64,000 nt of DNA from Methylophilaceae bacterium (GTDB taxonomy: Bacteria > Pseudomonadota > Gammaproteobacteria > Burkholderiales > Methylophilaceae). Below the pieces are notes generated by a model. It was not told the DNA's origin. It saw nothing but the letters and a program-made list of their open reading frames with translations, and did not search any database. Positions 48,959 to 61,552 of the stretch are shown piece by piece; position 1 is the stretch's first letter; every line of letters begins with the position of its first letter. A program made the translations under genes and the position numbers. The stretch lies in contig JBATAW010000017.1 in assembly GCA_049662045.1 (NCBI GenBank), forward strand, positions 30,431 through 94,430, given 5' to 3'.

Positions 48959-49516
48959 TTAAACCGCCATCAATTCAACTTCTTTAACTTGTAAAAGCTT
49001 GTCAACCTCTATTACCGCTTTATCTGTAGATTTTTGAACGTCATCTTGCGCACGACGCTCATCATCTTCAGAAATTTCTTTGTCTTTAAGCAGTTTTTTA
49101 AGTGCATCATTGGCATCGCGGCGTACGTTACGAATTGAAATCTTTGCACCCTCTGCCTCAGAGCGCACTATTTTAGTCATATCTCGGCGACGCTCTTCAG
49201 TCAACATTGGCATCGGCACCCGAATTAAATCGCCATTAGTAGCAGGGTTTAAGCCTAAATCACAATCTCGAATGGCTTTCTCAACCTTGGAAATCATATT
49301 TTTTTCAAACGGCTGCACGTTAATGGTTCGTGCATCCCCTAAGTTGACATTGGCCACTTGGTTAACCGCTATCATAGAACCATAATATTCAACCATCACA
49401 TGATCTAACAAACCAACATGCGCGCGGCCAGTGCGTACTTTAGCCAAATCGGTTTTGAGCACCTCTAACGATTTTAGCATTTTTTGTTCTGCTGTTTTTT
49501 TTACTTCATTTAACAT
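48959..49516 (-). CDS. frr: Ribosome recycling factor
   Basis: Colinear with E. coli Frr ([30 protein letters not shown]). The start at MLNEVKK (49516) is preceded by GGAG at SD distance. Confidence 0.95.
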   Translation of the reverse strand: MLNEVKKTAEQKMLKSLEVLKTDLAKVRTGRAHVGLLDHVMVEYYGSMIAVNQVANVNLGDARTINVQPFEKNMISKVEKAIRDCDLGLNPATNGDLIRVPMPMLTEERRRDMTKIVRSEAEGAKISIRNVRRDANDALKKLLKDKEISEDDERRAQDDVQKSTDKAVIEVDKLLQVKEVELMAV

Positions 49517-49549
49517 ATTTTTCTCCAACTAAATCTTTTATCGCCACGT

Positions 49550-50263
49550 TTAAATGACGACGCGCGTACCTTCATTTTCGCCCATCACCATGCGTTTTAA
49601 CGCACCTTGTTTAAAAATACTAAATACAGAAATTGGCATTTTTTGATCGCGGCACAAGGTCAGTGCTGTCGCATCCATCACTTTTAAATCTTTGGCAATT
49701 GCCTCGTCAAATGTCACCGTTTCATAGCGCGTAGCACTTGGGTCTTTTTTCGGGTCAGCGGTATAAATACCATCCACTTTAGTCGCTTTAAGTACAATAT
49801 CAGCATTCATTTCCATGCCACGTAAGGCAGCTGCTGTGTCTGTGGTAAAAAATGGGTTGCCTGTACCTGCACCAAAAATCACCACCACACCTTCTTCTAA
49901 ATAACGAATAGCTTTGGCACGAATGTAGGGTTCTACCACTTCAACATTAAGTGCACTTTGTACACGGGCGTTTAAGCCACCATGCTTCATCGCATCTTGT
50001 AATGCCATGGCATTCATGACCGTAGCAAGCATGCCCATGTAATCAGCGGTAGCCCTATCCATGCCAGCAGCAGCGGGTGCAACACCACGGAAAATATTAC
50101 CCCCACCAATCACTACGGCAACCTCTACGCCCAAATCAACAATTTCTTTCACTTGCTCAACGATATTGGTAATCGTGGCACGGTTGATACCATAAGCATC
50201 ATCACCCATTAGCGCCTCGCCAGAAAGTTTAAGAAGGATGCGCTTAAAGGCTGCTTTTGCCAT
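49550..50263 (-). CDS. pyrH: UMP kinase
   Basis: [23 protein letters not shown], and [14 protein letters not shown]. Confidence 0.95.
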   Translation of the reverse strand: MAKAAFKRILLKLSGEALMGDDAYGINRATITNIVEQVKEIVDLGVEVAVVIGGGNIFRGVAPAAAGMDRATADYMGMLATVMNAMALQDAMKHGGLNARVQSALNVEVVEPYIRAKAIRYLEEGVVVIFGAGTGNPFFTTDTAAALRGMEMNADIVLKATKVDGIYTADPKKDPSATRYETVTFDEAIAKDLKVMDATALTLCRDQKMPISVFSIFKQGALKRMVMGENEGTRVVI

Positions 50264-50298
50264 AATTTTCCTGTTAATAATAAGTCAAATTTGAGTTT

Positions 50299-50330
50299 GC
50301 ATATTTAAGCATAAAATTGCTTAAATATGC
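50299..50330. promoter_or_regulatory. Perfect 12-bp inverted repeat upstream of pyrH
   Basis: GCATATTTAAGC-ataaaatt-GCTTAAATATGC lies 36-67 nt upstream of the pyrH start codon. No U-tract is present on either strand, so an operator or leader hairpin is more likely than a terminator. Confidence 0.4.
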
Positions 50331-50566
50331 ACAAAAACCGTGTGTGAATGGTGAATAAAATTGTAATTATATGTTTGATGTACAGCATTTTCACTTTTAG
50401 CATATAGTAAATTAGGGATTTTAAATGCTGTTATAGGCTATCGTACTTAAGAGCAATATTTAGTCATAATTACAATGAAAACAGCTTCAGGACGCCACAG
50501 TTTTACTGGTGCATATTGTTTTAAAGACAAATTGATTGTGAATTCTAACTGCTTTTAAGCGTAATT

Positions 50567-51202
50567 CTAGATGAGTTTTGGCTTAATGACTTTAGTTTTA
50601 ATATATTTAAAATAAATTCTTGTCCCTAATAACAGCGCCAAAACCACTGCATAAAATAATGGCTCTCGAATATCTTTTTTGACAAGCCACCAAAAATGCA
50701 CTACCGCCAATATTGCAATGACATAAACCATTTGGTGCAAGGTTTTCCAGCCACTTTTTAAGCGCTTAATCATAGCATTATTCGAGGTGATTGCTAACGG
50801 TATGGTCAGTACAAATGCCACAAAACCAAACAAAATACGGGGGTGTTTAGCAACGTCTTTGGTGATAGCTACCCAATCAAAAGAAAAGTCTAGCCACACA
50901 TAAGTGATGACATGCAAACTGGCATAAAAAAACATGAACAACCCCAGCATGCGGCGTAATTGCACTTGCCAAACTCGACCAGTCCATAACCTGATGGGGG
51001 TCAGTGTTAAGGTTGCGAGCAAAATAAATAACGCCCAAAAGCCTGTTGAGTGCTCAATAAACTCAATCGGATTCGCGCCAAGATGGCTTTGTATACCCAG
51101 CCAAACCAAATGAAATAATGGAATTAGACATATCACAAATACTAAAATTTTGATGTTGGCGACTTGCGCTTTACTAGGTATTTTTTTGATAAAAATGAAC
51201 AT
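50567..51202 (-). CDS. msrQ: Protein-methionine-sulfoxide reductase heme-binding subunit MsrQ
   Basis: 211 aa ferric-reductase-like TM protein with conserved His residues (YASLHVITY, AVVHFWW). It is paired with msrP. Confidence 0.9.
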   Translation of the reverse strand: MFIFIKKIPSKAQVANIKILVFVICLIPLFHLVWLGIQSHLGANPIEFIEHSTGFWALFILLATLTLTPIRLWTGRVWQVQLRRMLGLFMFFYASLHVITYVWLDFSFDWVAITKDVAKHPRILFGFVAFVLTIPLAITSNNAMIKRLKSGWKTLHQMVYVIAILAVVHFWWLVKKDIREPLFYAVVLALLLGTRIYFKYIKTKVIKPKLI

Positions 51203-51257
51203 CTGATGGTGACCTTAAATGTGGCTGATTTTTCGAAAATTTTTATATAAAAAAGCA

Positions 51258-51380
51258 CGAGAAAAAATAGATGCTCCGTTCCCGTAAAGGGAATCTCCAT
51301 TCTCACTAAGTGCTAAAGCACTAAGTCGAGTGTGATAAGCCTCATTTTAGGCCGTTTAGCGAGGCATCAAATAAAGTGTG
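51258..51380 (+). repeat. REP/MITE-like element, long class, copy B (inside the msrP-msrQ spacer)
   Basis: Homologous along its whole length to 6045-6166: CGAGAAAAAATAGATGC...CCATTCTCACTAAGTGCTAAAGCACTAAGTCGAGTGTGATAAGCC...GGCATCAAATAAAGTG. Confidence 0.85.
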
Positions 51381-51406
51381 CTGTTTTTATGATTATTTAA
51401 ATGGCA

Positions 51407-52450
51407 TTAAAAGTATTTTCGCAAATCCATTCCAGCATACATATGCCCAACTTGTTCGTTATAACCATTAAACATTTGCGTCTTAATACGCCCTGCAAAT
51501 AAGCCAGCACCAATACGTTTTTCTGTCGATTGAGACCAGCGTGGATGTTCTACATTAGGGTTTACATTTGCAAAAAATCCATACTCACTTGGGCCAGCTT
51601 TCATCCAACTTGAAACGGGCATTTTTTCTGTAAAGCGAATTTTAACAATTGATTTTGCCCCTTTAAAACCGTATTTCCAAGGCGTAATTAAGCGCATCGG
51701 AGCACCGTTTTGGTTTGGTAGCTGCTCTCCATATAAGCCTACTGCCATGATTGCAAGCGGATTCATCGCTTCATCCATACGCAATCCTTCGGTATATGGC
51801 CAATCTAATACAGGTAAGCTTTGACCAGGCATTTGCTGCTTATCAGACAAAGTAATAAACTCAACGTATTTAGCGTTGGTGGTAGGTTCAGCCCACTTAA
51901 TCAACTTTGCTAAAGGTAGCCCAATCCAAGGAATTACCATAGACCAGCCCTCGACACAACGCATACGATAAATACGCTCTTCTAGTGGAGCTAACTTATA
52001 AATATCCTCAATGCTGATGATTTTATTTTTTTTAACTTCGCCTTCAATACTTACCGTCCATGGATGCGCTTTAAATAGTTTGGCGTTATTAGCAGGTTCA
52101 CCTTTATCGGTACCAAACTCATAAAAATTGTTATATGTGGTGACATCATCATATTTGGTCAGTTTTTCTTCTTGACCAAATGCTGTTTTTTGGTAATTGG
52201 TAATTTTTTGACGAGGCCCAAACGTGATTGGTTTGACAGTAACAGGAGCGTTTGCACGGCCAACTAATCGTCCATCACCTTGCGTAACGCCACTAGCGAC
52301 TGTGCCAGCATTGACGGGCGGGCCAAGCAATGCAATTGATCCCGCAACCAAGCCAAAACCTGCATTTTGTAAAAAAACTCTGCGGTCATCAAAAACGGCT
52401 TTGGGAGTAATTTCTGAAGGGACAATATCTGATTTTGGTAAAATAATCAT
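51407..52450 (-). CDS. msrP: Protein-methionine-sulfoxide reductase catalytic (molybdopterin) subunit MsrP
   Basis: Tat signal [11 protein letters not shown] and a sulfite-oxidase-family Moco domain ([26 protein letters not shown]). Confidence 0.9.
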   Translation of the reverse strand: MIILPKSDIVPSEITPKAVFDDRRVFLQNAGFGLVAGSIALLGPPVNAGTVASGVTQGDGRLVGRANAPVTVKPITFGPRQKITNYQKTAFGQEEKLTKYDDVTTYNNFYEFGTDKGEPANNAKLFKAHPWTVSIEGEVKKNKIISIEDIYKLAPLEERIYRMRCVEGWSMVIPWIGLPLAKLIKWAEPTTNAKYVEFITLSDKQQMPGQSLPVLDWPYTEGLRMDEAMNPLAIMAVGLYGEQLPNQNGAPMRLITPWKYGFKGAKSIVKIRFTEKMPVSSWMKAGPSEYGFFANVNPNVEHPRWSQSTEKRIGAGLFAGRIKTQMFNGYNEQVGHMYAGMDLRKYF

Positions 52451-52553
52451 CGGGAGATCACTTAAACTTAAAGTTAAAAGAATTAATACTGAAAGTTAGT
52501 CGCTAATGATTGCTAAACCTTACAACGAATTTCAGTTCCGAGTGTTTGGTTTG

Positions 52554-53453
52554 TTACATTCCAGCGATCTCTGAAGCTATTTCTTCAGCAAGTGCATTGT
52601 CATGCGTGTCTTTTGCAATCAATTTGGCGCGTGCCACTAAAACATTAGCGGCTTCTTTATCGCCCTCTGCAAACTTCACGCGCGCCAAAACACAACTAGC
52701 TATCGCCTCGTAATAAGCGCCGCCTTGATCACTGGCGAATTTAATCATTATATTCAGTATATTTTCTGCACTTGTGTAATTTTTAACCAGCCCATAATAG
52801 CGGCCAAGCGCAATACCCGCATGCACACGTTGGTCTAACGTGCCGACTTTATCTTGCATCAAGTAACCTTTTACTTGGTATTCTAGTGCTGCATCATGCT
52901 GATTCATGTTGTGATAGGCCAACGCAACTTTCTCAAAGCTTTCACCCCGCTCATTGTCATTTTCATCCAGTTTATTGGCCAATTGAAACTGAGCTAATGC
53001 CTGATGATATTGCTGTTTGTCACTATATAACTGACCAAGCGCAATATAGCTTGCGCGCTCATAAACCATATTTTTGCTGGCTTTGGCTTGGGTTGATGCC
53101 GCGTTATAGCTGTCAATGGCAGGCGTATATTGTTTTAATGCGGCATAAGCATTGCCAATCAACATCGCGCTGACGGCTTTATCTACCGCATCCCCCACTT
53201 GTGCATCCGCTTGTTTAAATGCGGTTAATGCACCATTTAAATCATCCTTCGCGACTAATGCTCGGCCTAGGCAAATAAGTGCATCTCGATCATTTTTATT
53301 GCTGTCTAACGCTTTGCTTGCTTGCACTAATGCGTCTGCAACATCACCTTTTTCTAAAGCTGATTTACATGCCAGAGTTTCAGGTGTTTCAGCATAAACA
53401 TTATTTAAAAACAATATGATAAACAGTGGACTTAATGTAATTTGTAATTTCAT
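52554..53453 (-). CDS. Secreted tetratricopeptide-repeat protein
   Basis: 299 aa with the signal peptide LFIILFLNNVYA and recurring 34-aa A/L/Y-rich TPR-like units (e.g. AMLIGNAYAALKQYTPAIDSYNAA). Confidence 0.6.
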   Translation of the reverse strand: MKLQITLSPLFIILFLNNVYAETPETLACKSALEKGDVADALVQASKALDSNKNDRDALICLGRALVAKDDLNGALTAFKQADAQVGDAVDKAVSAMLIGNAYAALKQYTPAIDSYNAASTQAKASKNMVYERASYIALGQLYSDKQQYHQALAQFQLANKLDENDNERGESFEKVALAYHNMNQHDAALEYQVKGYLMQDKVGTLDQRVHAGIALGRYYGLVKNYTSAENILNIMIKFASDQGGAYYEAIASCVLARVKFAEGDKEAANVLVARAKLIAKDTHDNALAEEIASEIAGM

Positions 53454-53532
53454 GTTACCTTCCGAAATTATTTTTGTATGATGAACCAGTGATAGCTCAC
53501 CAGCATTGACTCCTTAGTTTAAGGGTAAGTTC

Positions 53533-55548
<2,016 letters not shown>

Positions 55549-55554
55549 TTAAAA

Positions 55555-57051
55555 TTATGAGAATAAACGCATCGCGCTATCAGAGCCAGGGACAATGCCA
55601 CGCTCTAACATTGTGCTTTGAATGACTGTTAGTTGTTGACGTATTTTATCAAGCTGGTCATCGCCTAAAAGTTTATTGCTTTCATCTACCAGCGCAGCGT
55701 TTAAGGCAATATTCATTTGCTTTGCCGCTTGAATCATTTGGTTAAAAGCCTGTGTAGACTTGCTTACATGTGGAATATCTAGCTGGAAGGTAATGCCTTT
55801 GACAACAGAGTTTCTGAGCATTTCTTGGTTAAAACGGAAATTTTCACGGTTAAACATGATAAATAAGACTTGTCCACGTTCATCATAATACTTAAATGAC
55901 CCATCAGTACTGAGTCTAAACCCTTGCGCTTCAGCTAGACCTTTTAGCTTAGTTCCAGTAAATGCCCCTTGCTCGCCATGAACCAGGTGAAAACCTACAG
56001 TTTTATCGACTTCAATACAAAATGCATCTAAAGCATTCGCTTTTGCAACAATATCACCAGTGTCTTGCCAATCAAGTGTTGCATTTAGCTGCTCGTTAAT
56101 ACCATCAACCACTTGTTGAAAGCGACTGAGCAAGTTACGAGAAATTGCCCCAGAACGGTCTGCAAGCTGAATGCTACAAGCAACCTTTATAATTTTTTGA
56201 TGCGGCGATACTTCTTTAAGTATTGTCCACAATTGACGCATATCTTGGCTTAACTCTAGTGCATTTGAAGTTAAAGTATGAATAAAAACTGGCTTATCAT
56301 AGCCTTCAAATTGGCCAATTAAGGTGCTGACAATCGTGCTGGCTGGCATTTCCCTCGTTAAATGCAATACTGCTGTGTAATCCATTTGCGCTTGTAACAT
56401 CGCTGGCAGCAGCAATATCACTTCTTCACGATGCACATCGTTGTCCGCTGTGTTTATTGCATTATCATCCGCCTCTGAAGCAGGTGGTTGCTCTGGTGTT
56501 GGCGGTTGATTATCGGGCGCCATTACTTGCTCAGATGCTTTGTCATCGTCCAAATGGGCAGGTATTGGTTCTACTTTATTTTTATACCCAAAGGTATTGT
56601 CAAAAATGGCTTTTATATCGTCTAAATGTGCAGATTTTGTCGCTTGCGTATTTAAATTGGTTTGAGATGCCACTCTTGCTTGCGTTAATTGTGCATATGC
56701 TTCGTTGATAGAAACGTTATCGGGCAAGAATTCATCTTCAATTGCTGCTTCTGCAGAGGGTTCTGTTGATGCTATTACTTCAGCACTTGCTAGCGCGATG
56801 TTGTTTGTTGGTGCTTGAGGGCTTGTTTTGGTATTTTTGAGAGATGACTCATCAATGATGGTGTCTTCAAAATCATTTTTTGTGGTGTCAATGTTAAATG
56901 TCGGTTCATCTAGTAGTGCATCACTTTTTAAAGGTGAGAAGCTTTTCTCAGCTTGTTGATAATATTTACGCTCTTGCCACCAGTTATAAACAAATACTGC
57001 CGCAATGATGAGGATGCCAATTAGAATTAATACTACATACAAATTAGTCAT
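55555..57051 (-). CDS. zipA: Cell division protein ZipA-like
   Basis: N-terminal TM LYVVLILIGILIIAAVFVY, a charged region, a P/Q/A/E-rich linker (PDNQPPTPEQPPASE) and a globular C-terminal domain. It is in the conserved smc-zipA-ligA position. Confidence 0.75.
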   Translation of the reverse strand: MTNLYVVLILIGILIIAAVFVYNWWQERKYYQQAEKSFSPLKSDALLDEPTFNIDTTKNDFEDTIIDESSLKNTKTSPQAPTNNIALASAEVIASTEPSAEAAIEDEFLPDNVSINEAYAQLTQARVASQTNLNTQATKSAHLDDIKAIFDNTFGYKNKVEPIPAHLDDDKASEQVMAPDNQPPTPEQPPASEADDNAINTADNDVHREEVILLLPAMLQAQMDYTAVLHLTREMPASTIVSTLIGQFEGYDKPVFIHTLTSNALELSQDMRQLWTILKEVSPHQKIIKVACSIQLADRSGAISRNLLSRFQQVVDGINEQLNATLDWQDTGDIVAKANALDAFCIEVDKTVGFHLVHGEQGAFTGTKLKGLAEAQGFRLSTDGSFKYYDERGQVLFIMFNRENFRFNQEMLRNSVVKGITFQLDIPHVSKSTQAFNQMIQAAKQMNIALNAALVDESNKLLGDDQLDKIRQQLTVIQSTMLERGIVPGSDSAMRLFS

Positions 57052-57150
57052 AGATACGAGCTTTCAATCTATTAATAAAATTACCCATTTAAAACTTAAT
57101 TCAATTAAAATTAAACCATTTTAAATCTATTTAATCTAAATTATTACAAC

Positions 57151-60100
57151 TTAAACAACGGCCACTTCAGTCATTTTCACGGCAGCTTCCATATCCACAT
57201 CCACAATACGTGAAACGCCAGATTCTTGCATAGTAACACCAATCAATTGCTGCGCCATTTCCATTGTTATTTTATTATGACTCACATATAAAAACTGTGT
57301 TTTTTCTGACATTTTTTTAACCATAGCACAAAAACGCTCAGTGTTACTATCGTCTAATGGCGCATCAACCTCGTCCATTAGGCAAAAAGGTGCTGGGTTG
57401 AGCCTAAATAAAGCAAATACCAATGCTAAAGCAGTTAACGCTTTTTCTCCGCCTGAGAGCATGTGAATGGTATTATTTTTTTTACCTGGCGGTTGCGCAA
57501 AAACTAGCATCCCTGCATCTAAAATCTCCTCGCCTAGCAGCTCTAAACGCGCTAAGCCACCGCCAAACAAGGTTGCAAAAAGTTCAGCAAAGTGGCGGTT
57601 CGCCTCATCAAATGTGGACTGTAAGCGCCCTCTCGTTTCTACATCAATTTTTCGAATCGCACTTTCTAAGGTATCAGTTGCGTCTAATAAATCTTTGCAT
57701 TGGCTATTTAAATAGGTTTTGCGTATTTGCTCAGTTTCTAACTCTTGTATTGCTGCTAAATTCACTGCACCTAAAGCCTCAATTTCTAGGTTAAGTTGGT
57801 TAAGTTTTTTTTCAACATCCAAGACTTTAAGCGTATTTTCGCCGTCATTTTCCAGCAAACCTAGTTGTAAATTGAGTTCATTTTCACTCATATTAAATGC
57901 GTTAAGCGCAGTTTTGCATTGCTCAAAATTTATTCTTGCTTCTTGTTCACTTAAACGGCTTGCTTCTAATTTGTCACGCAATGGGTGTAATAACTGCTCA
58001 GTTTGCATTCTAGCTCGCTCATGTTGTAATAACATTTGTTCGCATTCGCTCAACGCATTACGCGCTTTTGCTAAAACAGCTTCGCAAGTTTGTTTACAAT
58101 TTAATGCCAAGACTAAATTTTCATTAAGCGCTTCCATTTTAGTTGCGGCGAGTAAGGTTACCGCCTCTTCATGACGTAATTTTAAACTGGCTTTTTCTTC
58201 AAGTAAATTATTAATTTTAATATTCAACTCATTAATACTATTATTTTTTAATTTTAAATTAAAGTGGCACTCTTGAAAAGTGCGCTCCATATTTTGCAAT
58301 TGTGTATTGGCATTGTGTAAGACAGATTCTGTTTTTTGTTTTTCAGCGCTTAATATTTTTTTATCTTGATGCATTTGCGCTACGCTTGAACTGATTTCGC
58401 TCATTTGCAATTGCTTTTCTTCAATCTCAGTATTTAGTGTTAACAATTTACTTTCAACTGTTGCACAATCATTTTGTATAGATTTTTGTCTCTGCAATGC
58501 GTTTTGTTGCGCTTGCTGTATTTGCTGAAGCGCTAAATTAAGCTGATGTTGCTGCTGGGTAACAGTTTTAAGCTGCAAACTTTTTGCTTGCTGTTCAGCC
58601 CTTAAGTTTTGTAAGTTTTGTTCCGCTAATATTAGCTGCGCTTGAGTTTTTGTCACTAACTCACTCGCGTCAGGCAATTGTTGCTCCAGCATGATGAGTT
58701 GACTTTGCCTTTCCAAGACACCATACAATAGTGATTGCGCACTAAAATAAGTAATACTATGCACTGAATAAATATCCCCCTGCTGGTTAACCAAATATTC
58801 ACCACTTGCTAGTGCTTTACGGGCAGTTTCAGCATCTTCATCCGCTTCTAGCAAATAAGCACCTGTCAGCCAATCCATCATCACTGATTGCAAGTTAGCA
58901 TCTTTAGTCTCAATCAAGTCTAACAATGTAGTCTTTTGATGCTTCATAATGTGGCAATTTGGACTAGTGGATGTCAGTGCGATTGTTAAGGCACTTGGTG
59001 GTCGTGTTTGCGCAATTGATAAATCAGCTGAGGTGACTGCGTTTAATTTCGACCCTAACACGGCCTCTAATGCTGTTTCCCAGCCTTTTTTAATGGTAAC
59101 TAATTGCCAAAGTCTCGTCTGATTATCCAGCCCAGCGCTTTTCAACCATAAATTCAGCGCAGTTTCATTATTGCCGCTTTTCATACTTTGTTGAATTTTG
59201 ACCATTGAACTCATTTCAGCTTCTAATAAGTTTAACTTGCGCTGCTCATTGGTAAATTTCTCTCGCTGAGTATTCACTTCTAGCATCAGTGACCGCTCTT
59301 GTTGTGCATCTGCAAGCGTTAATTTTTCTAATTGTTGAGCTTGAACTTCAATGGCTTTAAGTTGGGTTTGCTTTTCCGCAATATCCTGATCAGGCGTCAC
59401 CAATATATGGCTAAGATTTTGCTGTAAACATTGTAAGTGTTCATTTGCTTCACGCTGTGTACGAGCAAGATGCCCAGCATTAGTCTGTTCTATGCGTAAT
59501 TTCTGCTCGGCGCTCATCAAAACCGTAAGATGGCTACTCAATGCCGCCGCAGCCGTTTTAAATTGCTGTGATAATGCGGGTAAAGCCTGTTTGGCTGTTT
59601 GAATAGCCGACTCCACTTGCATAAAGTCTTTATTCACCGTTGCCAGTTCAGCATTCGCAGTGGTTACGTTACCTTCAAGCAACGTATTTTGATGAGTATT
59701 CTTATCCAGCTGCACCTTCAATTGTTGCAGTTGCTGCTGCAGCCGTTCCTTGGCATCTGCGGTATTTTTTACTTGGTTTTCTAGGTTAGAAACCTCAGCA
59801 TTAATTTCATAATAGCGAGTTTGCGTAACATTTACCGCCTCTGTTGCTGTATAGTTTTGCTGCCTAGCCGTTTCTAAAGCGGCTTCGTTAGTACGTAAGC
59901 TGGCGATTTGCGCTTCAAGTTCATTGACCAGCACCTCTACATTGCGCCGAGCTTTTTCCCACCGTGTGCTGGCACTTCGTTTTTTTAGCAACCACACTTG
60001 TGCTTTAGCCATATTTAATGCGGTTTGAAGCCGATAGTATTGCTCAGCAACAACGGCTTGTGATTGCAAACGGCTAATGAGCATATCTAACTCACGTAAA

Positions 60101-60690
60101 ATATCTTCAACACGGGTCAAGTTCTCGCGTGTGTCTCGTAATCGCAATTCAGTTTCTTTGCGGCGCTCTTTGTATTTACTAATACCTGCAGCTTCTTCTA
60201 AAAAAACACGCAACTCTTCAGGCTTAGCCTCCACAATACGGTTAATCGTATTTTGCCCAATAATGGCATAGGCGCGCCCACCTAAACCTGTGCCTAAAAA
60301 TAAATCCGCCACATCACGACGACGTACGACAGTATTATTAATATAATAAGTAGAGCCTTTATCACGTTCAATCACTCGCTTAACAGAGATTTCAGCATAT
60401 TGAGACCACTCACCAGCTGCACCAGCTAGGCAATTATCAAATACAAGCTCTACAGAAGCACGTGAAATGGGCTTGCGATTACCTGAGCCATTAAAAATTA
60501 CAGCATCCATGCCATCCGCGCGCATCTCTTTGGCTGATGATTCACCTAACACCCAGCGTACAGACTCCATTACATTTGATTTTCCGCAACCATTTGGACC
60601 GACCACGCCTACACGTTGCCCGTGTATATGCAGTGTCGTTGGGTCAACAAACGATTTGAAACCAGCGAGTTTTAAGTGAGTTAGACGCAA
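57151..60690 (-). CDS. smc: Chromosome segregation protein SMC
   Basis: 1179 aa with Walker A GPNGCGKSN, long coiled coils around a hinge, the signature LSGGEKALTALAL and Walker B CLMDEVDAPLD. TTG start. Confidence 0.97.
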   Translation of the reverse strand: MRLTHLKLAGFKSFVDPTTLHIHGQRVGVVGPNGCGKSNVMESVRWVLGESSAKEMRADGMDAVIFNGSGNRKPISRASVELVFDNCLAGAAGEWSQYAEISVKRVIERDKGSTYYINNTVVRRRDVADLFLGTGLGGRAYAIIGQNTINRIVEAKPEELRVFLEEAAGISKYKERRKETELRLRDTRENLTRVEDILRELDMLISRLQSQAVVAEQYYRLQTALNMAKAQVWLLKKRSASTRWEKARRNVEVLVNELEAQIASLRTNEAALETARQQNYTATEAVNVTQTRYYEINAEVSNLENQVKNTADAKERLQQQLQQLKVQLDKNTHQNTLLEGNVTTANAELATVNKDFMQVESAIQTAKQALPALSQQFKTAAAALSSHLTVLMSAEQKLRIEQTNAGHLARTQREANEHLQCLQQNLSHILVTPDQDIAEKQTQLKAIEVQAQQLEKLTLADAQQERSLMLEVNTQREKFTNEQRKLNLLEAEMSSMVKIQQSMKSGNNETALNLWLKSAGLDNQTRLWQLVTIKKGWETALEAVLGSKLNAVTSADLSIAQTRPPSALTIALTSTSPNCHIMKHQKTTLLDLIETKDANLQSVMMDWLTGAYLLEADEDAETARKALASGEYLVNQQGDIYSVHSITYFSAQSLLYGVLERQSQLIMLEQQLPDASELVTKTQAQLILAEQNLQNLRAEQQAKSLQLKTVTQQQHQLNLALQQIQQAQQNALQRQKSIQNDCATVESKLLTLNTEIEEKQLQMSEISSSVAQMHQDKKILSAEKQKTESVLHNANTQLQNMERTFQECHFNLKLKNNSINELNIKINNLLEEKASLKLRHEEAVTLLAATKMEALNENLVLALNCKQTCEAVLAKARNALSECEQMLLQHERARMQTEQLLHPLRDKLEASRLSEQEARINFEQCKTALNAFNMSENELNLQLGLLENDGENTLKVLDVEKKLNQLNLEIEALGAVNLAAIQELETEQIRKTYLNSQCKDLLDATDTLESAIRKIDVETRGRLQSTFDEANRHFAELFATLFGGGLARLELLGEEILDAGMLVFAQPPGKKNNTIHMLSGGEKALTALALVFALFRLNPAPFCLMDEVDAPLDDSNTERFCAMVKKMSEKTQFLYVSHNKITMEMAQQLIGVTMQESGVSRIVDVDMEAAVKMTEVAVV

Positions 60691-60721
60691 ATTCGATTTT
60701 TATTATGATGTGTTTTGATAG

Positions 60722-60738
60722 AACGTTATAATAACGTT
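60722..60738. promoter_or_regulatory. Palindrome centred on a TATAAT hexamer in the smc/queF divergent spacer
   Basis: AACGTTAT-A-ATAACGTT has 8-bp arms, with TATAAT at 60727-60732, 26 nt upstream of the queF ATG. Confidence 0.35.
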
Positions 60739-60757
60739 TTTTGAGAAAATTTGCCTG

Positions 60758-61204
60758 ATGACAACGACAAGTTTAGGTGAAAAACCTACCGCACAACCAA
60801 CTAAAACCTTAGAAACGTTTGAAAACCCTAAGCAGTCACGAGACTTTCATATTCATATGGAAATTCCTGAGTTTACTTGCCTATGCCCAAAAACTGGCCA
60901 ACCCGACTTTGCTTTGATTTACCTAGACTATATTCCAGATGCTTTATGTGTAGAGCTTAAAAGCCTTAAGCTTTATATTTGGTCATTTCGAGATAAAGGC
61001 TGCTTTCATGAAGCGGTAACCAATCAAATTTTAGATGACTTGGTTGCCGAAACGCGGCCTAAATTTATGCGTGTCACCGCAAAATTTTATGTACGTGGTG
61101 GCGTTTTTACCAATGTTATCGCTGAACATCGAAAAAAGGATTGGCAACCATTACCGCGTGTAGAACTCACCCAATTTGATAGCCAATCAAATACGCGCGG
61201 TTGA
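60758..61204 (+). CDS. queF: NADPH-dependent 7-cyano-7-deazaguanine (preQ0) reductase, unimodular type
   Basis: 148 aa with the catalytic Cys context [15 protein letters not shown] and the QueF motif [12 protein letters not shown]. Confidence 0.9.
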   Translation: MTTTSLGEKPTAQPTKTLETFENPKQSRDFHIHMEIPEFTCLCPKTGQPDFALIYLDYIPDALCVELKSLKLYIWSFRDKGCFHEAVTNQILDDLVAETRPKFMRVTAKFYVRGGVFTNVIAEHRKKDWQPLPRVELTQFDSQSNTRG

Positions 61205-61250
61205 TTCTGTCATTAATATTAATCAATTTAATAAAAACGAGCAAAAAACA

Positions 61251-61279
61251 TTGACAAGCCCCCTACTCATCTTTATTAT
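61251..61279 (+). promoter_or_regulatory. Sigma-70 promoter for the tRNA-Ala/tRNA-Glu operon
   Basis: TTGACA (61251-56), a 17-nt spacer and TATTAT (61274-79), followed by the GC-rich discriminator TGCGCCTCGC typical of stringently controlled stable-RNA promoters. Confidence 0.55.
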
Positions 61280-61326
61280 TGCGCCTCGCTGGTAGACAGA
61301 GTTTGAAAGCGAATGATGTAGGTTTG

Positions 61327-61402
<76 letters not shown>

Positions 61403-61476
61403 TAAAGTAGTAAATTCATGCAAAAAAGCGTGTAATGTAGTAAAATACGGGTATTGCAAACTGCAATATTTCTTAG

Positions 61477-61552
61477 GTCCCCATCGTCTAGAGGCCTAGG
61501 ACACCTCCCTTTCACGGAGGCGACCGGGGTTCGAATCCCCGTGGGGACGCCA
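61477..61552 (+). tRNA. tRNA-Glu (anticodon TTC)
   Basis: GTCCCCATCGTCTAGAGGCCTAGGACA, anticodon stem CCTCC/GGAGG with loop CTTTCAC, T-arm GGGGTTCGAATCCCC, and an encoded CCA. Near-identical in architecture to E. coli tRNA-Glu. Confidence 0.95.

Noticed and set aside
52451-52553. 7-bp inverted repeat ACTGAAA...TTTCAGT in the spacer between the TPR-protein gene and msrP.
   Set aside because: The arms are separated by more than 30 nt and are short and AT-rich, so this is compatible with chance.
57423-58174. Several 80-150-aa plus-strand ORFs inside smc (57423-57794, 57467-57715, 57719-58174).
   Set aside because: These are antisense frames of a long coiled-coil gene. Their composition is low-complexity S/L/A/K-rich, they have no start context and no recognisable homology.
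60691-60757. preQ1 riboswitch upstream of queF.
   Set aside because: The 67-nt spacer shows no preQ1-I/II-like stem-loop with the A-rich tail. It has only a short palindrome around a -10 hexamer.
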